The notes under the pieces are model-generated. The model did no database searches. It saw only the letters and a list, made by a program, of their open reading frames with translations, and was not told where the DNA came from. This document shows positions 40,601-55,190 of a stretch of DNA of 64,000 nt, one piece after another. A program made the translations under genes and the position numbers. The stretch comes from Octopus vulgaris (taxonomy: Eukaryota): contig OX597820.1 of the NCBI GenBank assembly GCA_951406725.2, forward strand, positions 78,554,001 to 78,618,000, written 5' to 3'. Position 1 is the stretch's first letter. The number at the start of each line of letters is the position of its first letter.

Positions 40601-42049
40601 GTCTATATATGTTATATATTTATTTATTCATTATTTATTATTTGTCTCTATGTATTAGACTGTTTCTAACGTACAAAATACATGCTGCAGCACTGAGATG
40701 TAAATTTACTTAAGTGAAAGGCGACATTTCCCTCCGTCGATATTCCGACAGATACATTTGATAAACCAAATTTTTCTGGGTTCCTCTTCATTTGTCATTT
40801 TCAGATCAGCTAGAAGCAAATCAAATCTAGCAATGTTTTCCCCCAGCGTAGTTTAGCAAGAATGCTTTCTTGTAGATAATCTATTTAAGTTCCAGATTAG
40901 TAATTTACTTAAAGGCGCCATTCTCACAAAAAGCAATAAGAAAGGTTAGTAACATACGTATGCAGTAAACATCATAGCTATGCGTTGAGGAAGCCAAATC
41001 GTTAGCTTGGTGCTTCATATTATTGCAACCACTGAGCTAAAATGGCTGCCTTTTTGTCTCATCAAAAGTATTTCTAACTAAATTTCTTATCCACACTGCA
41101 CTGTATTAATTATATTGGCATTAACTTAATATTTAAAAAATTTTAATTTACTAAATAATAAATACAAGTGAACAGTAACTGTGTGTATGTCTGTGCGATT
41201 GCGTGTTTTAAAAGTTATTCAATCCATTATGTGTTAGTTATTACGATTGTATGAGATGTAATTCTTTTACTCACAACACACATTCTCAGATCAAAGTCAC
41301 GTGCCAAAACCAGTACAGAATATTTAACTTCTATTTGTTCGTCATGGTATAATTGATCTTTTAATTTCAGAATTTAATTTAATCAAATCAAGTGAAATTG
41401 ATTAAATCAAAACTTTTACATTTCAATCTCCGTATCTTCTACTTTCACTTTCTCTCTGCCCCACTTCTCTCACTCACTCATTCCCTCGTTGTCTCTTACT
41501 CCTCCCCTTTTCTCTGTAGTTCTCTTTTGTTTTCCTTTTCTATTGCTTTTTCCTTCCATTTCTTTCTTTGGCTTTCTTCTACACTGCAGCTGCAATACTT
41601 CTTCAATTAGAAATACAATCTTCTTTAATTTATATTTCTATTCCCATTACTCAACAGCATCTTTCTGAATTTCTATTGTTTGTCATTAGTCAAACATGAA
41701 TCCGAAACACCATGGAAAAATCGTTTAAGTTATTTCTAATGGAACCTTGATTAATACGATTATTTAAACTTATTGCTTCAGTTATTCCTGTGGCTGCAAT
41801 AAGAATCGTCATGCTATTCCACAATTAACCGCTATTCAGATGAAAAGGCCAGATTTTTGCCGTAAGACAGGCATTGTCTTACAACCCAATAACAGACAAG
41901 CCGGTGAGAATATATACCGGCAGTCTTTCAACCTGCTAGAAATTGCAGCCAAATCTCTCTCAAATCAGCTCTCAACATTCTTGACCCTTTGCCTATTCAA
42001 AGCATTTTAATAAATGTGCCCTAAATTCCCATGTCTATTTACAAACTTT

Positions 42050-42395
42050 GTGAAGGCGCATGACTCAGTGGTTAGAGCGTAGAACTTACGATCGTGAGGT
42101 TGTGAGTTCGATTCCCGGACTGGGCTGTGTGTTGTATTCTTGAGCAAGACACTTTATTTCACGTTGCTCCAGTTAACTCAGCTGTAGAAATGAGTTGTGA
42201 CATCACTGGTACCAATCTGTATCGGCCTTTGCCTTTCCCTTGGATAACATCGGTGGTGTGGAAAGGGGAGGCTGTTATGCATGGGCGACTGCTAGCCTTC
42301 CACAAACAATCTTGCCCTGACTTGTGCCTGGGAGGGTAACTTTCTAGGTACAATCTCATGGTCATTCATGACCGAAGGGGGTCTCCACCTCCTCG
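42050..42395 (+). mobile_element. SINE family C head and CORE with an alternative 3' module
   Basis: A/B boxes plus CORE-like domain. TSD TATTTACA(A/G)ACTTT at 42036-42049 and 42396-42409. Confidence 0.85.
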
Positions 42396-43195
42396 TATTT
42401 ACAGACTTTTAGTTTGCCATTTTTTCATTATGTTCTCAGTAATAAAAAAGCCTCCCTCTTCTAAGTTATAAGTTATTTTGATGGCTGGAAAAAAATTGGG
42501 AATGTCTATCATATTTGATACATGGATGCCAAGAAAATATGCCCTGAGTATCGCATGTAATACACAGGACAAGCAGAGGGTTAGTAAATGAAGGATACAT
42601 CAAATAACGTAGTCCAAAATAAAATATGTTACTGCAGCATTTGACTTCAGATAACATTTCCTATGAATGTGATGTCTTAAAAACACGATAAATATCAGAG
42701 GACGAAGAAAATACGTCCTAGCAGTCTTTTCGAACCTTTTCAATGACGTGTACACACAGCCATTTACGAGCTCGAACGAGAATTCGTTGACTCTGATATA
42801 AGAAAACGTGAACAAAAAAACATTACTGATGTTGCGAATAGCTGTCTGGCTGAACGGAAATTCAGTATATGCATTCGAGGCATTATTTAATCAAAATAAT
42901 CATTTATGTATTATACTTAATGCTTATACACTGTTGATAGGCCAGTTATATCAGTGTCTTCCTGAGATAACACCTCTTACGGATGTGTTGTGTTAAAAAT
43001 ACAATAAATATTAGCGGTAGATGAAAATTTGTTCCAACAGCAGCCAACAAGAACGCTACATGTATTTTAGCTTTGTCGAAGGTGCGTTCACGTAACTAGC
43101 CACATGCGCGGGCGAGAATGCGTCGTCTCCGATACAAGAGAGAAAATTGAATAAAACAGTTTTTCAGGTTGTGAATAAAAATATTTTCATTTAGC

Positions 43196-43405
43196 CCGGC
43201 TGACAGAATCGGTAGCACGCCGGACAAAATTCTTGGCAGCATTTCGCCCGTCTTTACGCTCTGAGTTCAAATTCTGCCGAAGTCAACATTGCCTTTCATC
43301 CTTTCTGGGTCGATAAATTAAGCACCAGTGAAACACTGCGGTCGATATCATCGACTTATCCTCTTCCCCGAAATTGCTGGCTTTGTGCCAAAATTTGAAA
43401 CCATT
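43196..43405 (+). mobile_element. SINE family A
   Basis: Similarity to the other copies. Confidence 0.8.
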
Positions 43406-43989
43406 ATTTACACGGTATTATTTATAGCTTTATCTACTTCAAGTTCCACATTTAAAAAAAAAAAACGATGTATTTCCGTAATACAAATTCAAATATTTGT
43501 GTCTGTCTTTTTTATCTTTCATTTTTGTCTTTTATTTATGTTATAGTTGTTGCTTAGTCTCAGATCGGGGCTCTGATTAAGTGGGCCTATGATTTAATTT
43601 AACATCCAAAATAATCGGAAATTATTGATTGACTGCAATGACAACTGTAATTCATAGCAGAATATATAGAAGAATTTCACCTGCTTTTGAAGAATGTAAG
43701 CAAGGCAGAAAGAGAGAAATAGAAAAAGTAGAAATATTGAGTTGATTTGTTTCTCTGACATTACAGTCTCTATTCCTCACTCACAGACAAAGGACAAGAA
43801 CCCGACACATTAGATTGACCGCTCATCGTAGCATTAGAGTTCATGAAACTCTGCTATAGATTATCGTATGATCAATGACTCTCTTGCTATGATTATCCCG
43901 TCATTTTACAAATAAGTAGAACAAGTCTATCTAATATAATAGTTCCTTATCTATAATGCCATCGTGAGGTATAATGGAAATTCGATTTG

Positions 43990-44290
43990 GGGTAATGTTA
44001 CGCGGCAGGATGGATAGCGTGGAGATCAGGGAGCCTCTCCAGGTCAACCCGTTACTTTTCTGTATTGAGAGTCACGGCTCTGGTACTATGGACCTCTGAT
44101 GAGTATGTCGCAGGAAAGAATCGTAAGAACCTTCAAGCCGAAATCTAGGGGTAGAATAAGAACGAGATGGCTGGATAACATCCTTAGTGGTGGTCACACG
44201 TGGAAATCCAGTCGAGAGTTATAATGACAATTGTTTCCTATAGGACCCGATTAAGGAGCTACCTAATTACTCTACCGCCATGACTCTCAC
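43990..44290 (+). mobile_element. RTE-clade LINE 3' fragment
   Basis: MDSVEIREPLQVNPLLFCIE/SRLWYYGPLMSMSQER..KSRGRIRTRWLDNI. Confidence 0.78.
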
Positions 44291-45526
44291 AGGAATAGTG
44301 TACAAAGAAGATGGGTCATTTTTAACACATAGACTCCCACACATCTTGCTGGTGGGTCGTGGTGGTATGTTAGCGAGTCCCGCCTGACGCACTACCGAGT
44401 CGGTCTTTGTTTTTTCATTTCTTTCCTATGGGCTTTCTGAGAACTAGAATGCTCCGACTGCTTTGATTTACGCTTTTGCTACACCAAGAGAATAATTTTT
44501 TTAAAAAATTTTTATAATATTTTTTTTTTTTGTTATGAGGTTAAATAAAAGATTAAGTATTGAGAAAATTTTAATTGCCATTGAAACAAAAATAGTTCAT
44601 TTTGAAAAGATTTTGAGATCTTCCAATAGAAAATACCCAAAATAATTAATTGATCATGGGTAGGTCGTGTGGTATGTAAGATGTGATATGAACAAGGGTG
44701 CCACACGAACCTCTTGTGGGACGTGGGTATCTAACACTACCTTTACGATACTTGTTTCACATATGGTATAGTGTCAAAATATTACGCCGCTCATATCAAA
44801 ATTAATTATATATTAATTGTATTGGAACCCTGGGATGAAATGTAAGATGAGGTTCGGGAGCCAACGTGTTAAAACCACAAATGGTGACAAAACTTGAATA
44901 GTTTTGTTTGCGGTTTTATCAGTGATGTATCGCCTTATTTTTAGCTTGCTGAATTAATAGTGAACAAATCACCAGATAGATAAAGAGAAAAGTTTGCTGT
45001 TTAATTTTCCCAAGATAATAATACTGTCTTTTTAAAAAATTCTTAGCTGCTAGTCAAAATAGAACTTCCTGAAATCACACCAATTTAATGAGCATGGTAT
45101 CATAACACTTGTAACACGAACATAAATGTCAAAAACGGATAAAATAAGAACTAATAAATATTGATTCGATAATTTCACTTTCCTTGGGAGAATTTATTTT
45201 TGATTTATGCCTCCCAGTTATCGTTTATATTTTACGAAACTTATTGAGCTTCTGGGATTACGGAATGTATAGAGATTATGGGATTAAGAAAAGTATAGAG
45301 CTTCTGGGAATAAGGTATCTGTCAATTACCGGTTCCATTCAGCAGACAATATCTTCCACTCTAAAAACAGTACTTTTTGCTGCTCAACCTAATACACTTA
45401 TGTAAGCCTTCGGTGAATACATTATTTTGATGTGGTTTATTTTTTTCTATTGTATTGAAAGTATTGTTTGTAGCGCTATTTTATCTACACCCATCCGCAT
45501 TGGTTGTGAAGTTATATGGCTTTGTA

Positions 45527-45738
45527 AGGCGGCGAGCTGGTAGAATCATTAAGCACGCCACGCAAAATGCTTAGCCTTATTTCGTCTGTCTTTACATTCT
45601 GAGTTCAAATTCCGCCGAGGTCGACTTTGCTTTTCATCCCTTCGGAGTTGATAAATTAACAAGTCGTGTAATGGGGACGATCTAATCGACTGGCCCCTCC
45701 CCCAAAATTTCGGGCCTTGTGCCTAGAGTGGAAAAGTT
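45527..45738 (+). mobile_element. SINE family A, tail type 2
   Basis: Similarity to 22180-22390. Confidence 0.85.
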
Positions 45739-45852
45739 ATATGCCTTTGTTTTCGTCGTTCCCAAAGCACCTGTTAAAATAATTCTTTCCGTCCTTAATT
45801 CCCGTGATCTTATTACTACATTTCTTGATCTATATGTTTTTGATAATTTTAT

Positions 45853-46049
45853 TCTTTTACTTGTTTTAGGCATTTGACTGCGGCTATGCTGTAGCGCCGC
45901 TGTTAGTCGAACAAATCGACCCCAGGACTTATTCTTTCTAAGCATAGTACTTATTCTATCGATCTGTTTGGGCGAACCGCTAAGGTACGGGGATGTAAAC
46001 ACACCAACATCGGTTGTCGGGTGATGGGAGGGGGACTAACACAGACATA

Positions 46050-46097
<48 letters not shown>

Positions 46098-46258
46098 AGA
46101 CAGGCTTCTTTCATTTCCATTCACCAAATCCACTCACAAAAGCTTTGGTCAGCTCGAGGCTATAGTAGAAGACACTTGCCCAGGGTGCCACGCAGTGGGA
46201 CTGAAACCTAGAACCATGTGGCTGGTAAGCAAGCTACTTATCACACAGCAACTCCTGC
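45853..46258 (-). mobile_element. SINE family B
   Basis: Similarity to 50588-51101. Confidence 0.88.
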
Positions 46259-46529
46259 CACTCCAGTTCTTTTAATGAAACAATATCGTCTGCTGGGAGC
46301 CACACTTTGCTAAAATAAAAAAATGGAAGTCCTGCTTTCCTTCAATATTTTTGACAAGAATATGCCTTAAATGTCCGCATAATTTAATAAACCCACTTAT
46401 TCCAGATCATCGTCACTTTATCATCTCTCCGAAAAAATGTGTTGTGTTTGTCTTATCGCTTTTCTGCATATATTTCACAGAGTACGTACAAACAGACAGA
46501 CAGACAAACAGACAGGCAGACAGACACGC

Positions 46530-46609
<80 letters not shown>

Positions 46610-48519
46610 GGATAGATATATGGATGGATGGATGGATGGATAAACATATCTCGGTAAAATTGAGCAACTTTGATTAAAACAAGTAAAATAAAAATAAAAA
46701 AAAACAACAAACATTATGATTGTTTCTTCACCGATTCCACATATTCTGGAAGTACTTATTCTATTTTGCTTCATAGTTTCTGGTGGGGAAGTTCACATCG
46801 TGTGTCAGAATCAAACATCCTTCCTACTCGGTTTACAACCTCATTTTCTCGCTACTGCATAGTCATTCTCTTTATCCATTTAAGATTCGAAGTGAAATAG
46901 CTGTGTAGGTATTGGCTATGCAGAGTTTTATTTTGTCAGCATAATACTATCTTCATTCGACTAACAACGCTTCAAGGCGGTGCGCCAATAAGGCTGCAGT
47001 CTAATGACTGAAGTAATTAAAACGTAAACAATAAAAGCATAAACAAACGGCTTATTCTTCGATATTATGAGAACTATTCTGTTAACAAGCTAAACAATTA
47101 TTTCATCGAGTAAAATTCCTCGAATTACGAATATGGAATTTTTATCTTTAAAGCCCGTAGTGTATTTAAATATACCACTGACGTCACACGAGGTGTTTTT
47201 TCTTTTTTTTTTTGTCAAAAATAAACTGTTTTATTAAAATCATATTGATATGTTCTGCGTGGCATTATTTTCCGTTTCAATAACTAGTCTTCCTTTGTTT
47301 TGTTACTCTTTCCCTTTTGTTAAATTGTTCTTTTGTGGTTGAATTTCTCCCGGAGATTTAAGAATTGTATTGCAATTCTGAAATTACTGTAATTAATATT
47401 GTTGTGGTTATTTTTTGTTATAATTCTTCTTGCTGTTGTTATGGTGATGGTGGTGGTGGTGTCAGTAATAGTTCACTATGCGTCGCTCGTACGTGTGTTC
47501 GTGTGTTTATAGGTTCAAAGCTTTGTTTTTAAGCCAACCAGAATAAATAAGGCTGGTTGGCTTTTGTTTTTCACGTTCCTTTAGGGCTAAAATTTGCTAG
47601 AAAAATTTTCAAACTTTGTTTTGAAAAACGCATTGTTTAGAAACGTGGCGCCACCTTCTACAGCAAGACGTAACTCGCAAAGGTAGGCGTGACACCTCAA
47701 AACGAAGAGAACAACTTTGAAGGGTTGAAAGTCTAAAGTCTAAATGATTGCACGACTACAGCGACAAACGACTGTAGCCGTAACAACGACAAAAAGCAAC
47801 AACAGAAGCAACTGCAATAATAATATAGACGTCATTATGCACATGAAAGGGGGGGGGGGTTGATTGTTGGAAGTTCCAAATATTAGACCACTACTATAAG
47901 GGCAAACTGCAGTAGCAGTAAAAGCAACTACATTAACATAAATAACAGCAGAAACAGTAACAAACAACGATTGCAAAGGTAAGAACGACAGCAGCAAACA
48001 GTGACTGAAAGTCTAAAACAATAGCTAAAACAATAGCATAAAATGACAATGGCCTCCAAGTCATCCCTTCTCAGACTTAGGCCACACAGACATGTAATGT
48101 GGCGAGGGGAACGGTGAGGAGCCCAAAAAGCTACTATTGCAAAGAAAATGAAAATAAGCAAAACCCCGCCAACAAAAACTAGAAGATATGAATAAATGTG
48201 GGAGATGCATCAACACCACCCCTAACAGCAGTTACACCATCACCACCACCACTAATATCATAAACAGTACCCTTGCAATTACAAGCACAACCTAACACGA
48301 ACACGCATGCCTACAGTCAAAACAAAACTCTCAACACCATCAAGAAATCATTAAAAACACGGCCGTAGACACATGCAATAACCAATTAATCCCATACACC
48401 AACATATGAGCATGATACACAATAACTACTTTACATAAACTAACAGCTCACGTGAAAAAAGTTATCCAATTATCACAAGCATTTGACATTTGAACAAATT
48501 AATAATTCAAAGGGAGTTG

Positions 48520-49232
48520 AAGACTTCAGAGGGTGGTATAGGCCTAAGGTTTATAGAAGACATTTCCAGTCCGGGATAAACTCTGCAGGTATGGTAGTGC
48601 CGTCAACTACTTTCATAGTGATGAAACTATCCTGCACGAGATTGTACAATGTTCGTGGAGTTATATTTAACAGCTACTATCACGTGACGAACGGATCCGG
48701 CTATCGGCCGACTCCGTCGTTAAGATCGCCCCGCTGTCTTTTTTTTTTGGTAGAGAAGAGCGGGCAGTTTTCCTCTACTTGGTGACTATGACGGAAGTGT
48801 TTGTGTGATGGACGAGAGTGAAAGGACTGAAGAGAGTGGACACTCTCTTCTTCGGCCAAGATCTCACTAATGTTTTTAAAGTTCCATTTGTAAAAAAGAA
48901 GGCGATGGAAATTTGTTAAAAAGTGAGTGAATGTTGCGAAGATAGCTGAAGGGAGTGGGCCTACTCTCAGTTATTGCTTGTAGAACGGTGAGAATGAATG
49001 GAAAATGGTGTACTTCCTTGTGGTAATTTTGGTTGTCAGAGAGATCCAGATTCTGTGTGTTACTCTGATTAGCGCTGGATGGCACTCCTCCTAATGAGAA
49101 ATTTTATTATAATTATGTTGTTAATTATTATTGGGGTTTTTATTGTTTTCACGTGTTTACGTAAATCCCACTATTCTTTGGCTTTATGCTGTCCTAAGTG
49201 GTTTTGCGGCCCTTGTGGCCAATAACCAAAAC
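48520..49232 (+). mobile_element. Tx1/L1-clade LINE 3' fragment (zf-RVT region, C-terminus, 3'UTR)
   Basis: PVRDKLCRYG..DETILHEIVQC..RAVFLYLVTMTEVFV*WTRVKGLK..KFVKK*VNVAKIAEGSGPTLS. Ends GCCCTTGTGGCCAATAACCAAAA. Confidence 0.75.
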
Positions 49233-49996
49233 ATTATTATTGTAGTAGTAGTAGTAGTAGTAGTAGTGACGTCTTTGTAATTGCTTGTCCTACATTGCTA
49301 ACAATCTCATCTGTTAATCTTCCCCTGGTTTTCTTTCACTGCCGTTTTATCTATTGACGTACAAACAGTGATATATAGAGCCAGAATGTGAAAAGTCATT
49401 GTATGTGAGAAGTGTCAGACATCTAAACCGTCCATCTATTAACAGTAATATATAATAATTTCTTACAGCGATATAAATCTTAAGTGTGTAATTAGAGATA
49501 TTATGTCTTGCAGAGAGAAACAAATCAAAATCTCCAAGCTGTATGTATGTGTGTGTATTTATGAAGATACGAATGCCTGGTCGTATGTACTTATGTATGT
49601 ATATGCTATCGTAAGTATGATGTTCATTTAGATTAATAACTGGACGGATAGATTTATAGTTATCCCCGTTGGATGGTCAAGAAGCAGAATCGTTATATCA
49701 TCGAAAAGAAATTCTTAGCGGTTTTTGTTCCGGTCTTTTGCTAGCTGAGTTCTAATCCCGATGAGATCAATTTTAGAAAAATTCAATATAGGTTATCCTG
49801 GGATATGATGGATTCTTGCATCCCATATCAGGGCCAGTGCCCCACTTGTTGACTCTGCCTAAAAGAAACCCTCAAACTTTTAACCTATAACTTACCACAA
49901 TTGCTCAACAAACGCAACGAAAACTTCACAACATGTAAACACAAATTCTTCCGCACTTTAAAATTCTTTCATAAATACAAATGTAAACTTACCCCC

Positions 49997-50030
<34 letters not shown>

Positions 50031-50587
50031 CCACACACATATATACCTCCATGATTATTAATACATACCCTTGTAAATCTCTCCTACCAACCTTACAAGA
50101 TAACTGTCAATTCTTAAATATATTTTTAAACCTTAACCTATTAAACCCCTAATATTTAGCTGTAACTCTTATTCCTGAATAATTTAACATTTAACTGGTC
50201 TCTCCATTCACTTCTACCTACACACCCATACCCCCTTAGCTAAAAATATTTCCAGAGCCATTGATCTTAATCACAGACACTTACTACTAGATATATTCCC
50301 CAACCCCTATAAACTAGTAGAATAGCACTGGCACCTACTATTCTATTTGAATTCCTTTCATTTTACTTTCTTTTGTATCTTTTTACGTCATCTTCTTTTA
50401 CCTCCTCCTCTCGCCTTATTTAGCCATATATATTTATCTATTTATCTTGTCTATTTTTGTACGTTATATTTTTATATACCTTATTTCGTCCCTCATACCA
50501 ATCCTTGCTTTCCTCCTCCACTTTCTTACCTCCTGCTCCCTTACAAATACCTTCATCTCTTTCTCTAATTTTTCTTTCTCTTTATCC

Positions 50588-50755
50588 GCAGGTGTGTTTG
50601 TGTAGTAAGTAGCTTGCTTACCAACCTCATGGTTCCGGGTTCATTCCCACTGCGTGGCACCTTGGGCAAGTGTCTTCTATTATAGCCTCGGCCCGACCAA
50701 AGCTTTGTCAGGGGATTTGGTAGACGGAAACTGAAAGAAGCCGGTCGTATATATG

Positions 50756-50842
<87 letters not shown>

Positions 50843-51101
50843 ATGTATGTATGTATGTATGTATGTATGTGTGTACGTGTGTGTGTGTGTGTGTGTGCGT
50901 GTGCGTGTGCGTGTGTGTGTGTGTGTCTGTGTTTGTCCCCCAACTTCGCTTGACAACTGATGCTGGTGTGTTTACCTCCGGCAAAAGAGACCGTTAGAAT
51001 AAGTACTAGACTTCTAAAGAATAAGACCTGAGGTCGATTTGCTCGACTAAAGGCGGCGCTCCAGCATGGCCGCAGTCAAAAGACTGAAACAAGTAAAAGA
51101 G
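50588..51101 (+). mobile_element. SINE family B
   Basis: Head, internal microsatellite and tail all present. Confidence 0.88.
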
Positions 51102-51284
51102 TATGTACATATATATATATAATTATAAAATATAATTGTATTAAAGAGTTCGGTTAAACTCCACCAACACGCTAGAAACATACGCCAAATATCTCTAAAA
51201 ATCACATCTATATTCCGTTAGCACTGGTTGTAAATGAGCAGATTACAAAATAAATAAGATTTTTTTAAAAAAAAAAGATAGTTA

Positions 51285-51341
51285 ATTGTAGATCGATTTC
51301 TGGCTTAGGGCTATAAAACCCCTTGCTATTTTCAGTACAAT
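51285..51341 (-). ncRNA. Minimal hammerhead ribozyme motif (G8A, probably inactive)
   Basis: AUUGUA-CUGAAAA-UAGC..GCCA-GAAA-UCGA-UC-UACAAU. 6-bp stem I, palindromic stem III AUCGAU. Confidence 0.62.
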
Positions 51342-51365
51342 ATGCCAAAGTATATAGATGAAAAA

Positions 51366-51432
<67 letters not shown>

Positions 51433-51555
51433 TATATATATATGTATCTATATATATATATGTGTGTATTTTGATTTTACTATCTTGAAGGGTTCGGTTA
51501 AAAACGAACGAAAGCGCAAAAAAGAATTTTCCAAAATTCTGACTGCCTCCTTCTT

Positions 51556-51599
<44 letters not shown>

Positions 51600-52976
51600 A
51601 ATAATAACACGAACGGTTTACACCTGGTAGCTTACTGGTAAAGCACCCTCACTTTCACAGTGATTGCTATGTACATGGCAAATGAAAGACGGACGATGGA
51701 ATATACGAGAATTTATTGTTAATCACAATTGTTTCGATACATCTAGCATCGATCTCTCACATATAGATACAGTGACGGTGCTCCAGCATGGCCACAGTCT
51801 TGGGGCTGAAACGTATATAAGAATATATAAAAATATATATTCGACAGGCTTCTACACAATTTCCGTCTACTACATTCGCTCGCTTTGAATTCGGCATTCT
51901 GGGGCTAGGAGACACTTGCTGTACATTGGGTCTGAACCCGAATCCAAGTGGTAGCAAAGCGAGAACATGCCTTCGCTTATTACGGCAATAGATTAGGCAA
52001 ATGTGGTGAAGTTAATGGTTCGCTTAATATTTTTTCGCAATAAACTTAATATGAACAGCAATTCCGCCATATTGAAAAAAACTTCTGCTGAAGCATTGCG
52101 TTGCGCCTTTGTTGTCAGGCACTTATTGATTCTTCAAGTGTTCGTTATTATTTATCTCTATTAACAGTTCCATTTTTAAGAGCATAACAATAGAAGTTCA
52201 AATAACAAGGTGACCGCAATGTCATTTCCAATCAAAAATTTTTTCTCAGAATATGATAAAATGATATTTAAAACGAAGTAACAGGGCATTTTTTTTTCTT
52301 CCGCAATCCATACAATGCATTCTTTGATTAAATTGTTCCATCTGTGTGAAAATATGCTTCAGTTGTCAGCCAGATATTTTCCAGATCATTTACTGTTCAT
52401 TTCTTTTTACAAGCCAATTTTAGATTTCACTTACATCTCTGTATCTTCTTTTAGTAATGGTTGTATGGTTTCTATTTTTAAATTTGTCATACACAGCTGG
52501 CTCTTATTTCCAAGCGCAAATTTACTTACCTAGCAGTCGCTATTCATTTTACTCACAGGCGAATTGATTTATTCATTTCAGAACGGAATTATTTTCGTGA
52601 TTCATTCTTAAGTAATTCCCTTATAGACAGCTTTCAACGTTTATTTCTGTTTTACACATTGCTATTGTGATTTTTTTTTTTAAATCATGTTAAATTATTT
52701 GAAGCAGCCATTATGCACACAACATACTTCAATATGTTTTCGGCTGAAGAAGTATCTATAGTCTTACACGATACTTTTCATTTGTTACTCGTTCAGTTAT
52801 TGGACGGCGACCAGCTGGGGCACCGCCTTCAAAGTTTTGTTCTTTTTAGTAAATGGACTCCAGTACTTATTTTTCAATCTGGTTTGCATTCTATCGGTTC
52901 GCTAGGCCGACCGCTAAGTTTCGGAGATAGAAACAAACCAGTACATACACACACACATACATACATACAAAGATAT

Positions 52977-53109
<133 letters not shown>

Positions 53110-53656
53110 AGGAGAGGGACAAACAGACAGAGATGTACTTATGCACATCATTTTCAATAAAAAACCATATCTGCTACAACTTGCACTGTATGTATATGCT
53201 ATCGTAAGTATGATGTTCATTTAGATTAATAACTAGACGGATAGATTTATAGTTATCCCCGTTGGATGGTCAAGAAGCAGAATCGTTATATCGTCGAAAA
53301 GAAATTCATAGCAGTTTTTGTTCCGGTCTTCTGCTAGCTAATCCCGATGAGATCATTAATAGAAAAATTTAATATAGGTTATCCTAATATAGGTCTCCTC
53401 TATCATATACATATAAATATATATGTGTATGTGTGTATGTGTGTGTGCATCCACACACCCACACATTACAGACGCACACACGCACACATCAACACGTTAA
53501 AGTCACCAGCCCCTATCCACACGCACACACTTACACACTCTCGCATGCACATACGCACGAGCACTTTCGCTTTGGGATCACCAGTACTTTATTATCCCCC
53601 CTTCTTCCTAGCTCTCCTGTCAAAGCACCTTTGTCTCTATTTATTTCCTCATGTTC

Positions 53657-53692
53657 CTTTCTGTTGAAGAGCGTAGTCTCGAAACGTAAAAG
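53657..53692 (+). ncRNA. Minimal hammerhead-like motif (CUGUUGA core variant)
   Basis: CUUU-CUGUUGA-A-GAG-CGUAGU-CUC-GAAA-CG-UA-AAAG. Palindromic ACGU; the element ends in (TA)n. Confidence 0.55.
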
Positions 53693-53810
53693 ACTTTCTC
53701 ACATTCCCGAGCGTCAAAATAATACACCTGCTTCCTGATTATACACCTGTCTTCGTCTTTTGTTTTTCTGTAAATTTCAACTATATACATAGCTTCCTTT
53801 ATATATATAC

Positions 53811-53944
<134 letters not shown>

Positions 53945-54437
53945 ATGTATGTATGTATGTATGTATGTGTATATATAGTTTGCGTGAAGTGTTGTCTGAT
54001 ATAAATAAATGTTTTTCCTTTTTAAACCAAGACATTGCAATTTATGAGCAATAATACAGAAATAATACAAGTCGAACAAATGATTCTAACTCCAAAATAT
54101 TGAAATGCTAGCGGAGAGAACATTCCATCAGTTTGTATTATTTCTTATAACTTAAATTGTTTTGACGTAAAAAGATTAAAACCATTAATGTGTGTGTATG
54201 TGAATGTGTGTGTGTGTGTGTGTGTGTGCGTACATATACATACGTTGCTTTATGCCAAAGGAATTACGACCCAAATACATTGGAGAAAAAAAGCATATAA
54301 GTAGAGAGAGAGGTGGAGATAGAGGTGGAAGAGAGAGATGCTTTTAATCTCCTATATACAGAGTAAAAGTTATATTTTGTATTACTATGTGTGCCTTGTT
54401 CATTTCGTTCATTACGTTTACATTATATGTACACATA

Positions 54438-54830
54438 AAGGCGGTGAGCTGGCCTAAACGTTAGCACGCCGGGCGGAATGCTTAGCGGTATTTCGTCTGC
54501 CGTTACGTACTGAGTTCAAATTCCGCCGAGGTCGACTTTGCCTTTCATCGTTTCGGGTTCGATAAATTAAGTACCAGTTACGCACTGGTGTAGATGTAAT
54601 CGACTTAATCCGTTTGTCTGTCCTTGTTTGTCCCTTCTGTGTTTAGCTCCTTGTGGGTAGTAAAGAAATAGGTATTTCGTCTTTACGTTCTGAGTTCAAA
54701 TTCCACTGAGGTCGTCTTTGCCTTTCATCCTTTCGGGGTCTATAAAGTAAATAGCAGTTGCGTATTGGGGTCGATCTAATCGACTCTCCCCTCCCCCCAA
54801 AATTCGAGCCTTTTGCCTAGAGTAGAAAAT
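54438..54830 (+). mobile_element. Dimeric SINE family A (full unit with tail 1, truncated unit with tail 2)
   Basis: Junction AAAGAAATA|GGTATTTCGTC at 54670/54671. Confidence 0.88.
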
Positions 54831-54983
54831 ATTATATGTACATATGTGTGTGTGTTTGTACGACGGGCTTCTGAATAGTTTCCGTAAACCAAATTTTATC
54901 CACAGAGAATACAACACGGCTTTAAAATAATCATTTCTACTACAGACACAAGGCATGGAATATGTGGGGAGGGGGATAGTCGA

Positions 54984-55190
54984 TTACGTGGACTGGTGCA
55001 TTGTCCTGTAGCAGGAGCTCTGGCGTTTTGGGACGAAATCTCTTCCTGAACTCTCTCAAAACCTTCGCAAAGTACACTGGGTTGACCATCTGACCAAGGG
55101 GATCCAGTGGATGTAGATGATGACCTTGATGTCGAAAAAGAGTATCCATAATAAGTCTGAGGAATTTCATAAGCTTGTGTGGCATTTTGC
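54984..55190 (-). mobile_element. mariner transposase fragment
   Basis: PLGQMVNPVYFAKVLREFRKRFRPKTPELLLQDNAPVH. Confidence 0.8.

Noticed and set aside
47531-47563. Perfect 11-bp hairpin AAGCCAACCAG/CTGGTTGGCTT as a pre-miRNA or terminator
   Set aside because: Stem too short for a pre-miRNA and does not extend; no supporting context.
48670-48860. Promoter-like CpG-rich patch (TCACGTGA, GGAAGT) and the GAAGAGAGTG/CACTCTCTTC hairpin after CTGAAGA
   Set aside because: Lies inside the Tx1 ORF2 remnant; the hairpin lacks GAAA, so it is not a hammerhead.
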